Shown piece by piece: positions 42,138 through 55,520 of a DNA stretch of 64,000 nt. How positions within the stretch are numbered: position 1 is the first letter of the stretch; the number at the start of each line of letters is the position of its first letter. Below the pieces are notes generated by a model. The model had not been told where the DNA came from. It saw nothing but the letters and a program-made list of their open reading frames with translations, and did no database searches. Position numbers and translations under genes: made by a program. Origin of the DNA: Octopus sinensis. Lineage: Eukaryota. The stretch spans positions 63,686,464 to 63,750,463 of the forward strand of contig NC_043011.1 of NCBI RefSeq assembly GCF_006345805.1, given 5' to 3'.

Positions 42138-42355
42138 ATTCAAAATGTGACCGTGTGTATACCGTTGGCGATGTTTTCCTCCGTCTTCCCTTCTTTGGAT
42201 CTTTCATTTTCCTATGTTTCTGACGAAGAGCTCCGCTCGTAACGTTAAATCCTCCTTCTTTTTGTCCTTTCCTGAGCCTCCAATAACACTATACTTGTTC
42301 CACGTACTCGCTTTGTTGTGTTTTCTCTTTGTGTTTTCATGTTTGGATTAACTTT
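42138..42355 (+). mobile_element. Second family-B terminal repeat with hammerhead motif at 42216-42250
   Basis: CTGACGA-A-GAGC-tcc-GCTC-GTAAC-GTT-AAA, followed by a TA tract. Confidence 0.7.
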
Positions 42356-42366
42356 ATATTTATATA

Positions 42367-43105
42367 CAGGGTGGGGAAGCAAAATTTACTATCAACGTTA
42401 AGTTGTTTTTTTCTCTGCAGGCACTAAGTCAATTGTTTTGAGACCTAGCATATATTGATGTCGTGATCATACCTAACAATATTATCGTTACCTTTTCAGA
42501 AACTTTTGCCCATATGAGTAATCAGGAAAGCAAATGCCAAAGAGTGTGTGAATTGCTGAATGCACTCGTCACACCAAAGGAAATTTCAAGAATAGTTGTA
42601 GTGTCCATAAAGACTGTTTATAATGTAAATAACAGAATGACTATGAGCAAAACTATTATGACGAGGCCTGGAAGTGGAGGAATCACCAAACACACACCAA
42701 AACTTTTATTAAAGCTCCCAAATCCAAAATCCTATAGGATCCAACCAAATCCACGAGTAAAATTGCAATTGAACTTGAGATAGTCAACAAGACCATAAGA
42801 AATGCAGTAAAATATGATTTGAGGTTAAAATCGTACACAAGAACACCAAAACACTTGTTGACAACAGCTATGATGGAAAAGAGATTGGAAAGGTGCAAGA
42901 AAATTATTACATGTTTCAAGAAAAAGTCCTCCATTGTAACGATCTTTTTAGATGAGAAGATCTTCAGTTCAATGCTGTTCTGAACCGCAGAAATGGCAGA
43001 TTTATTGCAAAATCAACAGCTGAGGTTAAAGGGACATTCAAAACAAAACATCCTGCTCAAGTTATAGCTTTTGGTGTTGTGGCTTCTGATAGAAAGAAAG
43101 TGCGT
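42367..43105 (+). mobile_element. 5' part of a Tc1/mariner (maT-like) transposon
   Basis: TA-CAGGGTG end, HTH MSNQESKCQRVCELLNA..PKEIS....SIKTVYNV, later IFLDEKIF and KHPAQVIAFGVVASD. Frameshifted and truncated. Confidence 0.85.
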
Positions 43106-43450
43106 ATATAATTCTACAAATAAAGATGTAGAATTAAATTTTAAGAACATTAGGTTGTGAAGTCCAGCCACTAACTGACCAGCACATCTTAACCCTTTGA
43201 AACATCTTCCCAACCCGCCACGCTGAAATCTTTTGGCGTTCTTAATTTCTTAGCATCAAATTTGTTTGAATTACGTTTCCGTTGAACTCACATCGAATGA
43301 CTAAGACCACTGCACATAACAATTAATTTCTTAGCAAAAATAATCAGAAGTGGATATTTATATAAATATTAATATTGCGGTTTGCAATAAAGTGTTAAGT
43401 CGCTAGAAATAAGCGTTAAAACTATCATTTAGGCCACTATACACACACAT

Positions 43451-43581
<131 letters not shown>

Positions 43582-44542
43582 CATATATATATATATAAAA
43601 TGATCTTTGTACATGTGATATATTGTTGTTTTCCCTCCAGATCTACGTGAATTATTTTTGAGTAAGCACTATCAGGGAGATTCTTCTTAAAGTAACAGAA
43701 ATGGCTAATGAAACTTTTTGACTGCTATTTCTAAAAATTTCAGTATGTGGCAAAGTAAATTATTTTACTGAGCCCTTAATTATATAAAGTAATATTTTGA
43801 ATACGCCTTGAATGGTCCTTTTACATACTGAACACTACTTGGTGAAATTAATTAATAACTAATTGATTTCACCCTTAATTATTGATAATACATATATATA
43901 TATATATATCATTCAAATATAAAAAACAATCACCACTCATTGTAAGATTAATGTTAAATTTATTTATTTCTCTATGCATAAAAATATAATTCATAACTAC
44001 AGTTTCGCGAACGTACACTGCTTGGCGACTGAACTTTAAAACAAAAGATAGAGAAAAATGAGTAAGTGAGAGCAAAGATAATGTTTATTGAGGCACATTT
44101 TTTAAAGAGAGTTCGATCAATTAAAATGCTTGAACTGTTTACTGAAAGGTTGTCTATCTTAGTCTAGTAAATACGTCACGTGCTACGAATGGATTGTTTA
44201 TCAATATTTTGTATTTTTCTTTTCACTTTCTTATAGTTCTTTTCATTCCCAAAGCAAATATAAACTAAATTTGAAAATGTGAGAAGAGGGTTAACGTTTC
44301 AATTTCTAAAATTCATATGCAGTTCATAAACTCACGACTAAAGGGAACAATCAGTATAAATCCTAGCTGCACCAACACTTGAATATATATATATATATAT
44401 ACCGGAGTAAACACATACATGTGACACAAGGTGGAAAAAAGAGTACTCAAATACCAGTGGTAGAGTACTATGCTTTATTTAAAGCAGCAGAAAATTCAAC
44501 AAGACATGTTTTGTTGAATTTCCTGCTGCTTTAAATAAGGTA

Positions 44543-44662
<120 letters not shown>

Positions 44663-45459
44663 CATACACACACACACATATACACACTTGCACACACACA
44701 TATAAATACATATACATACATACATTCAAGCATGGTCACTTATAATTAAGTGTATATGGTTATGCAGTACTTAAACCACCATAAATGAAACTTTGATTGT
44801 TAATATTATAAAAATACTTTTGTATTATTAGTATCACACAATGATATTGAGAAATGATACAGCATACTTCTAAAATGATATTTAATGTTTTCTTCGGTGA
44901 TATAAGATATCACATTCCTGATACCGATGGCTGCATACCGATGGCTTATAAGCAGTTTCACTGAGACTAATAATTTAGTAGTTTCAGCGTTTCACTTTTG
45001 ATATTCTTGTTATAACACAAGAATAATAGCGTTGTTTATTTCATCATTGCATATATGAACTTATATCTGCAACACACATGGTAATTTAATATTAAAAAGA
45101 ACACACTGAATGTCAAATCTATATTGAATATATGATATCTGCAATGTGTTGTTTCATTGAAATTTACACCGTCTGAGCTTCCTAAGTAACGCAATATTAA
45201 TGTAATATATTGACATAATATTAACATTATATAGAAAGGTCATAATGCAGAATCGTAGTACACCGGGCAATATACTTAACATTTCGTTCGTCTTTATGTA
45301 CGGAATTCACATTCCACCGGAGTGAACTTTACAATTCATCCCATTCGGGGCCGGTAAAATAAGTAATACTTGAAAATTAGGCGTTGGATGATCGACTTTC
45401 CCTTCCGCACGAAATTGCTGGCTCTGCGTCAAAATTTGAATCTGGTATTAAATATTAAG

Positions 45460-45610
45460 ACGGCCAGCTGATAGAATCGATACATCGTCGCACAAAATGT
45501 TCAGTTGCATTTATTCTGTGTGCATACCTTGTGAGTTCAAATTCCACCGAGGTTGACCTTTTGCTTTTGCTCCCTTTCCAGAGCAATAGAATATGTACCA
45601 GTTGAGATCT
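45460..45610 (+). mobile_element. Degenerate octopus SINE
   Basis: gagttcaaattccaccgaggttgacc resembles 5451-5635. Confidence 0.6.
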
Positions 45611-45857
45611 GATACCGATGGAGTCGTGTAGGTAACGCTCGCAAAATTTCGACCCCATAGTGGAAAGGTTTACATCTAGAGTTCTGTATCGTTACCTTGT
45701 AGTATAATTGATATCCAATGTTAATATATTTTTTGCTAGAATTCTATTGCTTATATATAATACCACGCGTATTCTTCATAAAAATGAAATAGCATATAGT
45801 GAATGGGAATAAACGTGTTTTACACATTTAATATCCATTATGTCATTAAAACTGTTC

Positions 45858-45994
45858 TTACATCAAAATAGATTTCTCTTCCCTTTCAAACATCGGTATA
45901 ACAATCAACAGAAGGAATGCGTATGAATTAGCAATGTTGGGCGAAGGAACACCACCATCTGTCTTTACAAGTTCATCAATTTGTGCAGGTGTAT
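45858..45994 (-). CDS. Gene g2 terminal exon: TPAQIDELVKTDGGVPSPNIANSYAFLLLIVIPMFEREEKSILM*
   Basis: Acceptor ttatatttcag, phase 1 is the only open frame, hydrophobic segment, TAA stop. Confidence 0.6.
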
Positions 45995-46168
45995 CTGAAA
46001 TATAACAAAGAGGTGTTTAATTAACAGTGGGTTGAGAGTATTATATGTTAATTTGAAATCATCTATTGGGCTCATTGAAGCTGGACTAACATAATTTAAT
46101 TACATCTATATAATTATATTTAAAGTAAGCTGATGCCATTTCTCCTTACGTATCACTAGACGTATTAC

Positions 46169-46249
46169 CAATGAAGAACAATCTGTTTCTATCAGACTTG
46201 GTGAAGTCGACATTAGTATATTTACAGGTTATGTTTATTATGGACTTAT
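46169..46249 (-). CDS. Possible optional g2 exon: KSIINITCKYTNVDFTKSDRNRLFFI
   Basis: cttcag acceptor, weak G|GTAATA donor, phase 1->1. Would give g2 an even (8) Cys count. Confidence 0.3.
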
Positions 46250-46511
46250 CTGAAGTATTGGATGAATACAGACTTAAGAAGCATACAGATCTAAATATAT
46301 CGCACAAGATCATTCCATCGTCATACAAATGTACTTTTTATAACTATGGCTTAACTTTTGTTCCATACACTGTATCAAGCGCTAATCTAAATTTTATTGA
46401 AATCCAGTGCTAATTTATACCATTGAATTAACAAAAGCATTTATCGTTGCAAAAGTATTTCGTTGAAACAGCGTTTCAGTAAACGAAAAGAACAGTGAAA
46501 ATATAACATAC

Positions 46512-46591
46512 AATTGCAGACAATGGTCCTGAGAATTGTTGCACATGGTTCGAATATTGGCTGCAAACATTTCCTATATACAAGCACACGT
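46512..46591 (-). CDS. Gene g2 exon 3: RVLVYRKCLQPIFEPCATILRTIVCN
   Basis: Acceptor atatttatttttcag, donor GTATGT, 80 nt, phase 2->1, same R1/C8/C16 register as the paralogues. Confidence 0.8.
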
Positions 46592-48935
46592 CTGAAAAAT
46601 AAATATGTTAACTTAAATATTTATTTCTTCAAACAATAAATTAGTATCTGTAATTTTGGGTTTAAAGCGTACTGGATTTGAAGAAATAAGTAATGTTTTA
46701 ATATCCATTGTACAATTTACATCTAGTTATATAATCAGCTAAATTTGGGCCTTAATTTGATTGCCATAAGTGGGTAGGCGCATTAAACCTCCCCATTCGA
46801 TGTAAATGTAACGGTGAAATAAAATTATATAGCCCACTTTCTTATTTGGAATACTGCTAAATAATAACTTATGAGGTTTCGGTTTACCTTTATGATACAC
46901 TGGTACAAGGCAATAGGCTGCAAAAGTTTTAGAGCGTCGTCCAAAATGTTTTAAGCTATTCCGCCAACTTCTTTAACCGCTCTGTTCAAATATCTTACAT
47001 TTCGAATTCTCTTTCTTTCTTCTGTTTTCGGTAAACCAATAAAATACGAGGATAGTTGGAATATTAAATTATATCATGATAAAAATAACCTGATTCGGAT
47101 TGTGCTACGACATTTGTACCTTTCATCACTCGCTATTTACTTACTTGGATTATTCGTTTTCCATAGTCCTTATATTTCTTTGGTTATTCTTCAATTTGTC
47201 AGGACTTCCCTTATGGTACTCTGTTTCCATCAGACTATCCTTTGTCTGAATTACCTATCCATTGAACTCACATCTAATGACTAGACCACTGCACATAACA
47301 ATTGATCAACTAATTGTATTATATAATTTATTATATTTACAACAAGTTTGTGAAAATCCGTTGTATTATTGCCATCGTTTTACACTCATAGATTTAATAC
47401 TGTTTCGTTTATCAAACCCTCGCAGATGCTTTTCATCTCCACGCAAGACCTACTCGATGGTAGCTTAAAAAAATGTATCATAAACACTGATTTTATTGTG
47501 TTTTTTTTCTAATGTTGTTTCCTATTTATCATTATCATCTAGTGTTGTTCCACTAGGATCGTTGATATTCCATCCACACCCCCATCCCTACCCCCAAAAT
47601 ATCCCTGCTTCATGCTTCAGATTTTTCTACATTCACCGGGAATATCTCTGGTCATGATTTCCCCAACCCATACAGTATGGCCCGCAACAACGAACTAACC
47701 GGAGAACTGAGAAGACACAGATCCATAACAGCACGAGGTTGTGTGGATGATTCGTAGGTTATTTATCAATAGCAAATTTCCTGCATTAATTTGCATGACA
47801 GATTCCGAGTGCAGAACAAAAACCGACGATGTTAGTTACATTAAACATGCCAGAATCTAACACATCTCAGATACATCTGCATAATACTCTATAGAATATT
47901 AATACAATAGTTTAAACTGTTCAAAATATAGGAAACATTTCTTCTAGATAAATCTTCCATGTAAAACAAACTTTTAGAATATCGTACGTATATTCAGTTC
48001 CAGAAAATCAACATTAAATGCGGACCCAAAAATCAAAAGCAACACTACAAAAACATTGTAAAGCGTAATTCGTTGCAAGGCATACATATTCACCATAGTT
48101 TACTATAGTTGTCTCTGGTTAGAAGTGAAGGCTCTAAGTATTGTGGATAAAAGTAAAAGTGATAACGAACAGCAGGCAGAATATACACAAATAGTCGACC
48201 TTAATAACCCTTCTACTTAAACTAACGTAGAGAAGAAAAGTAAAATGTGAGAATTTTATTAAAGAATAATAAGAAAATTAGACAGGGGGAAACGAGTTTC
48301 TAATTTTTCGTATCAAATTGTGTCAGTGTGGAACAGAATTGTGAGCAAAAGTGACGTTTATGTGTTAAATGTAAAAAACCGAGATATTGGGCAATAATGC
48401 AATACCTACTTGAAAACTTCTATATGAATATGCTTTGGTGAAATTCGGAATGTCCAGGCAACATTAAACTTACGAGAATAACATAGGGAATATACCTGAC
48501 AGGAGTAACAATCAAACGTCAGTAGATTAATAACACCTTGGTTACGAAACTTAACATGCACCTGAAGTGGGTCCGTGAGTACAAATGCGGATGTAGTTCG
48601 AATGGGAATATCTCGCACTTTTTAATACCCTGACATATATCTGTGTATAATATATCATTCATACATACGGTAATTGTCCAACCTTACGGTTAGTAACGTT
48701 ATTGGTTGAAGAACGACAATGTTTACCTTGCCGTATGCATCCCTTGTGTAACCAATATTCATATGTTTAATTCGAAATATTTCAATCTTCTCCATAACAA
48801 GAAACAATTTATCAACTATAATCAAATAACTATTCCTAGATTATTACCAATGGAAATAAGCAGTATTAATGAACCTACGTAAAATCTAAATATTGGATTT
48901 GATAAAAACATAAGTCATAAGTAGGTCATGCTTAC

Positions 48936-49035
48936 TTGCAGTAATTCACATCTGGGTCGCATATAGGTTGTCTAAGCACGGCACTTGGACACGTCTTCGC
49001 AGCAAGTCTGGCGCAAAAGTCTGACGTTGAAAGAG
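48936..49035 (-). CDS. Gene g2 exon 2: LSTSDFCARLAAKTCPSAVLRQPICDPDVNYC
   Basis: Acceptor aaattgtag, donor AA|GTAAGC, 100 nt, phase 1->2, 8 of 32 residues invariant with g3 and g4. Confidence 0.85.
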
Positions 49036-51439
49036 CTACAATTTATAGGTTATTCAGTGTTATTACAATCTTGAAGGTGTGTGTCAAAACATAATGCATA
49101 ACAGCATCTCTGAATTTACGTTTATAGGTTTTTGATTTTGTACGCTTGTTCCCAGTAAAACTGGGTGGCAGATTATTTTCATACGCTTTATAATTACATC
49201 ATGTCATTCGATTTGTATGATGAATAAATGGAAAGATATTTTTGTTTACACTCAGAAACAAAGTAATTTACATTTTTCACTATTTTGATTCACTAAAATT
49301 CATGTTTTATGCATATATGAATTAATTTATGAAATATTATACGGTTCCTTATGATAGATAGGATTGAATATTTTTGCCAAATGTGTTTTGGTTTTGTTAT
49401 ATTTCCGTATGGCTATTTTCTTGGCATATAGGTACAAGCAATATTTAGTTGAGAATAGAAGAAATATACATACATGTGCATACATCAATATCTTGTCAGG
49501 TTTATGGGTAACCATACAAATAGGTTGTTGGCTCCATAAACTCAAAGAGTAAATATATAAGACTGAGAGGAAATTCTTTTCTCAGAACACATTTATGGAT
49601 TAAGTACCTACCTATTACATAATCCAAATGCACTTTTTATCCAAATACTTTTTACTGGTTCTTAAACCACATCAGTGCATTATCACCCTTTAGGTTACTA
49701 AGCGATCGCAGGCATTCCGAATCTGAGGGGAAGCTGTGGAGTGAGGAGTTTGATTCATTGCCACTCGCTCTCTTCTTCAGTCCTATTGTGCAGGGGTCTT
49801 CTATCACTGCTCCGTGCCGACCAAAACTTGTGTAAGCGAAAGCGGAAATATCCACGTCGTGTACATACAAACACACACACACATACACACACACACACAC
49901 ATACACACACACACATATATATATATATATATCATACATGAAAACATATACAGATATATGTTTTTTTTGGCTATATTTGTCTCATCCATCGTTTCACAGC
50001 TGGTGTTGTTTCCTTTACTGCTTTGTAAGTTTGCTGTTCACGTAAAAGTGACCAGGAAGACAATACTAGGCTGACAACAGAGCTCAGTTATGAGGCATTT
50101 TGTTGTCTAAGCTTTGAAAGAAGCCAATGATCTAACAAGGCCGCACTCCAGTGAGTGAGACGTGTAAGAGATAAAATATAATGAGATATGAAAATGTTGA
50201 TGTTGTTCATCCTTCAATGACTGAGAGACCCTCATAAGTAACTATCTTCTTCAGAAATCGAATTATGTTCAGTTGTTTGCTGCAAATAAAATGGAATGTC
50301 GTTCGACAATTGCATGATCGTAGTAATGATAATATAATTGAACTAATTAACTTCATCACAAGCGAAAACCGAGATCTTTAACACCCTTAGAAACAGACAC
50401 ATGTATGTATACACATATCTATATACATTACTATATTGGTGTTATATATGTATGCGTGTATGTTCGTGAAATAAAGTATAATTACATGCCGGGAATATTT
50501 ATGTTTTTAATTATTTTGTTACTGCCAGAAGCGTATTTCGTTTATCAATATTATCAGAAAAGTATAAACACGTTTCAGATAATTGTTAAATATAGATTTA
50601 ATAGTAGGAAAAATTGGTAGGGCGTTAGGCAGACATAGGAGCGTGCGTGTTCGTTTGTTTATTTGTGTCTAACTTCATGAAAAAACAGTTTTGTTTCTTT
50701 TTAATTTATAAGCTGTGTATTAACTAGCTTTCCCCAACATAATTCGTTAATAATTTTCTAAACTTGAAAAAATAGATTGCTTGTAACACATAGTTAAGAA
50801 TGTAAAACAAAAGCAGATAAATATTAATTAGTGGCTTAGTAATTGTGCTTTTGTAAATTAAAGTTAAAAATCTATTTTGAATCTGATCACTCTTTTAATG
50901 CTTCGATCCCATCAAAGCCAAGAGCTTTTAAGAAAATATCTCAACATGCAAGAACGAAAATAGATTTATCAACTCCAATATTGCAAATTCAGCCAACGAG
51001 ATATAGCTGCAATATCTAACATAGTATACAAATTGCTTTATCAAGAAGCCGCTATATTGCAGAATACACAAAACCAAGCAAAAACAGACATTGATAAAAA
51101 CTTAAACAGCTACCACACAAACCTTGAAAATTGCTTGTAGAAGACCGAAGATTATTAAAATAGATAAATGGTTCCACAAATAACAGATTTTATACTAAAA
51201 CGAGTTCATAAGAGAAATTATCAGACCTTTTTAACTTTTGGAGAACTGCAGTAACTAAAGGCAATAAGCAGCCCGTATAGAACATGTAACATTGGCTTCA
51301 TTTCAAATTCTAACAGTGATTCATTTAAAACGCATTTCAAGGAATATTGTATACAGCTTCAACACCCAAGATTAAGAAATTATTGATAAATTGAATTGAG
51401 ATAAATAATATTTCCAAGAAATTACAACAAAAATATAAA

Positions 51440-51691
51440 TTATTTACAATATTTAGATTTTGACGGATATTTGTCCTCATTTTGTTGTTAACACAACGTT
51501 TCGGCTGATATAATTTCCAGCCTTCATCAGGTGTCTTAGAGAAATTTCGAACCTGGGTTCTACTACTTAATGTACTTTTCGACGTTATAATAATAATAAT
51601 AATCATTATTATTACTAATATCACTGCCTGGAATCGAACTCGGGATCTTAGGGTTAGTAGCCCGCGCTCTCAACTACTACGCCACATGCCC
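51440..51691 (-). mobile_element. tRNA-headed SINE-like element carrying a hammerhead ribozyme
   Basis: Head tggcgtagtag...gagttcgattcc (51691-51623), short TAA/TTA tract, then the hammerhead. Confidence 0.75.
51490..51535 (-). ncRNA. Minimal type I hammerhead ribozyme, intact core
   Basis: GACAC-CTGATGA-A-GGCTG-gaaattatat-CAGCC-GAAAC-GTT-GTGTT. Confidence 0.8.
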
Positions 51692-52107
51692 GTACATAAT
51701 TCCTCATCTCTTAACTATAGAATAGATATAGCAATGTTTAATAATGAAATCATTGAAGCTAACAGGTATACTTTCTCATAAACGAAAACTACCTATATAT
51801 TGCAATAACACTATACACTAATACAATTAATATTGTTAAATTAAAATCTCAATTAGAGAACTCAGTTTCTCTTCGTAAGTTTCTCTTCGTAAATTCTCAT
51901 CGCAAAGTGATTAAAAAATGTGTGAAATTTCGAAAACTACGAAGACAATACTTCATTTTATATAATCATGGCTGTTAACGGCACTTCGTAATCTACTTTA
52001 ATTCATAACTGCGTTGATATTGCCGCCCTCAAACAGAGCTAGCTTTCAATTACACCGAATCACGTTTTCTCACAGAAGAAATACAATAAGTTTCATATGT
52101 ACACGAA

Positions 52108-52548
52108 TTTAATATAATCAAATGAGTAATAACATGCGATGGATAATTGTCAGCTCATTACAGCTGTCTCTTACGCTTATTTTAAATAGAAGAGTGAGAA
52201 TATTATTTCATTGCAAAATTCGTAATCATAATATGATACGTTATTTTACAAAGAAAAACATATCCCAAGAATACAGCAGGGACGTGGCTGAAGTCTGTGT
52301 ACGCGACCGGAATATCCTATGAAATGGGTGAATGCCGATATCATATTTGGCCTCGACACACTTCAGTCACAACCCTGCTGTATTCTTGGGTTATGCTTTT
52401 GTTTATAAAATTAGGTTTCATCTTATGATTACGGTCTTTTGTAATAAAATAATGTTCTCATTCTCCTATTAAAAAGATGCGTAAGAAACAACTGTAAAGA
52501 TCTGACGATTATCCATCGTTTGTTATTATTCGTTTGATTATAATAAAA
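52108..52548. mobile_element. Foldback element / MITE with ~190-bp imperfect inverted arms
   Basis: For example cccaagaatacagcaggg vs ccctgctgtattcttggg, and gatggataat.gtcag vs ctgac.attatccatc. Confidence 0.8.
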
Positions 52549-52922
52549 CTGGGTATTTACGAATGTCGGACACCTCAGAGTCTACCACCAACGCATTATT
52601 CAAAATAAATTGTGATTTGGACCAGTCCCTTAGGCGCTAAATACTCATAGAGTATGATACTAACCAATCATAAACCAGAAAAAAAAAGTTTATCCAAACC
52701 AAGTATTTTTTTTGAGTGAATGAATTTTATTATATCACTTCATTATGCTTTAATTGTCTGCACCAATTACTCTTATGCAATTCCCAATATGGCAAAATGA
52801 TAGGCAAATGCTGATCCTTCATTCAAGGAAGTGTGCTGCAAAACACAGTTGTGACATTCAAATTATAACCTCATCGCCTGCCACCTTCGCCTGTTCTAGG
52901 ACGTCAGTGTTGCTAACAATAA

Positions 52923-53030
52923 ATATTGGGCACAAAAGATTACAACATATATATACATTCTCAAAGAAATGTTAAATATAGTTTCCAGAAGGGAATGTAT
53001 ATATATGTTGTAATCTTTTGTGCCCAATAT
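52923..53030. repeat. Perfect 38-bp inverted repeat with 32-nt spacer
   Basis: 52923-52960 is the exact reverse complement of 52993-53030. Confidence 0.95.
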
Positions 53031-53256
53031 GTTAATGAACTTGTTAAACTTTTTTTTATGTTCTTAACATATTCTTGTTACCAAAGAATGTATTTATGTA
53101 TTGTAGCATTTTGTGACAACCAATAATTAACATAACCAAACTTTTACATGTTATTTTTGACAAACTTTTTCTAAAAAGTGAAACAGGGAATGTAAATAAA
53201 ACTCTTTTAAAATTGCATTTTCAAACCTTCTTTCATATATATATACATATACATAC

Positions 53257-53354
<98 letters not shown>

Positions 53355-53528
53355 TTCGAAGGAGAACGTTATTAATTATTTTACTAATTTGAAGCATGAC
53401 GCAGGTTTTTTTTTGTTCTGTGCGTCTTTTCTGTAAAGGAAAGCGCATTTTATGTTGGTGACATACAAAACGAGGATTGTTTAGTCGGTGTCTTAAAAAA
53501 CGCGGTGTGTGAAGATGGCGCACGTAAA

Positions 53529-53911
53529 TCTCTCTATATATAAGGCTGAAGTTGTCTGTGGTTGGCAGGTTTGGCAGCCTTCAACTAACACTATCTCCTC
53601 CGAGACCCTGCGGCGCAAGTTGACCAACATTGAGAATATGATAGACGAAGGCTTGTTGTTCCTTTCGTAGGAGAAAAAATTCAACTCGGACCATGTTAAC
53701 ATCAAAATTTATTTACATCAAAAAGGTGCTTTTTTTACATGGAAATCCGTATTTTTTACTGCTGTGTCCCCATTTTTCGGTGTATTTCAACCAGAAAAAT
53801 GTTCACTTAAAGAGAATAACAAACTACATAATCCAAAAGTTTTACTTTTCCAATTCTAAAGGGTCGAAACAAACCCGAGCAATGCCGGGCGATACTGCTC
53901 ATAAACACTAG
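53529..53911 (+). mobile_element. Non-autonomous Helitron/HINE-like element
   Basis: 5' TC(tc)tatatataag, 3' hairpin CCCG-agcaatgc-CGGG shortly before a ctca/ctag end. Confidence 0.55.
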
Positions 53912-54234
53912 AAAAATGGTCAGTGTGAAGATGACCACGAAAACATTCAATGTGAAGTTAGCAACGTAAACGTACAGTCAGTGCGATGTTAGCGCATTTT
54001 GTGACAGATTGGGAAGGAAAAGTTTTCTCTAACAGCAGTCATGGAAATATTAAAATACCAAAGTGAAATAACTGACTGAGTTTAAGGAAGAACAGAAAGC
54101 GCTGCACTCACGCCTTCCCGCATATCTGGACACATTAATGTGAATAGTGGAGTTCCAGAAAATGTTAGAGCAGACTTACAGCAGTACAGTTGACACCTGT
54201 ACTGCTGTAATTCTTCTCTAACATCAAAATGATG

Positions 54235-55520
54235 ATGTTACATGGTGTAAGCAACATGTAGATTTACAGTTGAAAATGTTGAATGAAAGAATGGAAGCCG
54301 TGGAACAGTTTTGTGCTGCTGAGCCTCAGGCCGATGTGCAGAGAGTGTGCGGAAATGGTGGACGAAATTAATTGAAGTTTAAAAATACCCAAACCTTCAG
54401 AGGTGCTCTTTCAGAAGTGGATGTTCCTGCTTATAGTCAAAAGGTAGTTTGGTATATGGTCGGAATCATATGGTTCCAGTATTTAGACCCCGATGCAGTG
54501 AAGTCGAAACTGAGGTAAAGTTCCCATTAATAATTCTGATATGGTTGAAAGCAAAGTGTCCTGGGACTCCTACCGTGTCCAGTTTGCGATGGTGGCTGGC
54601 CTGAATGGACGGGACGATAGCAAAGAGTAGTTCAGCTTTATACTAGTTTAAATGGGGGTGTTAAGGCAGTTATCAGCGGAGGACAGACGCCGTTATTCTT
54701 CAGAAGCTGAGGTGTTACGGAGAAGATATCGCAATTTGTACCAGAGTGAAATGTACTGGGCAGGATTTGGGAGCCGTGTAAGGGCTAGATGGGGCGAGTC
54801 GCTACAACACCTTGCCCAGGATCTAGAGAGCGTGGCACATAAGGCAACAGCTGTCCTCTTCGATTTTCTTCTGCGAGAGCAGGTTATCGACGTTCTAGAC
54901 ACTGCAGAAATCTACGTTCAAGTATAACTGGCACAACACAATATTATACAAGAAGCACTGGCTAGAGCTCTAGAATTTGGGTTGTATGTAAGATCTAGCA
55001 AACGAAGTTTCCAGGTGGGCTACAATTCCAAATTAAAAGCAAGGACCATACAAGTACATGAAGCAGGAAGATGTAGCGAAAGCTGTTGGTGCTGTGAGAA
55101 GTCAGGGCATAAAAGCGAAGGATGTGATTGATTCGTCCTCAGATTAAACGTTTGTGAGAACCGTGGTATTATGGCATCGAGACCTACCGGTGTCATCACA
55201 AAAGGTTGTGTGTTGATACCGGACACTATACTGAACTGAGGGCACCGGTTGGTGTTTCGATTGAAGATGCAGGACGAAATATAGTGCTTCCTGTGGTAGT
55301 GGTCGGGGAACACTGTCCCTTGGTCTTGGACTAGTTACTCCTTGGTTTTTTCAGCTGGAACTCTGCTCAATGAAGCCTTGTGTGTAAGGAAGATCGGTTT
55401 CTGTTAAGGTGGTAAATCGGACCACTACTAATGGTGAGAGGAGACCGTTACATACGCCAGTGATCTCACCGATACCGAAAATACTGTTCCAGTGTAGTGT
55501 GAGTAGCTCATTTGATGAGC
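54235..55520 (+). mobile_element. Degenerate Gypsy LTR retrotransposon gag region
   Basis: GESLQHLAQDLE...LLREQVIDVLD...VQV, LQEALARALEF, zinc knuckle CWCCEKSGHKSEGC. Confidence 0.75.

Noticed and set aside
47145-47245. Exon-2-like segment with a GTAAGT donor
   Set aside because: 101 nt, in-frame stop, no cysteines. The real exon 2 is 49035-48936.
47988-48096. Signal-peptide-like ORF MVNMYALQ...VVLLLIFG
   Set aside because: It lies inside g2 intron 2, downstream of exon 2, and has a weak donor. T-rich strands often give hydrophobic runs by chance.
51623-51691. tRNA gene (also the heads at 23160-23243 and 41190-41264)
   Set aside because: No complete cloverleaf or acceptor stem, and each continues into a SINE body.
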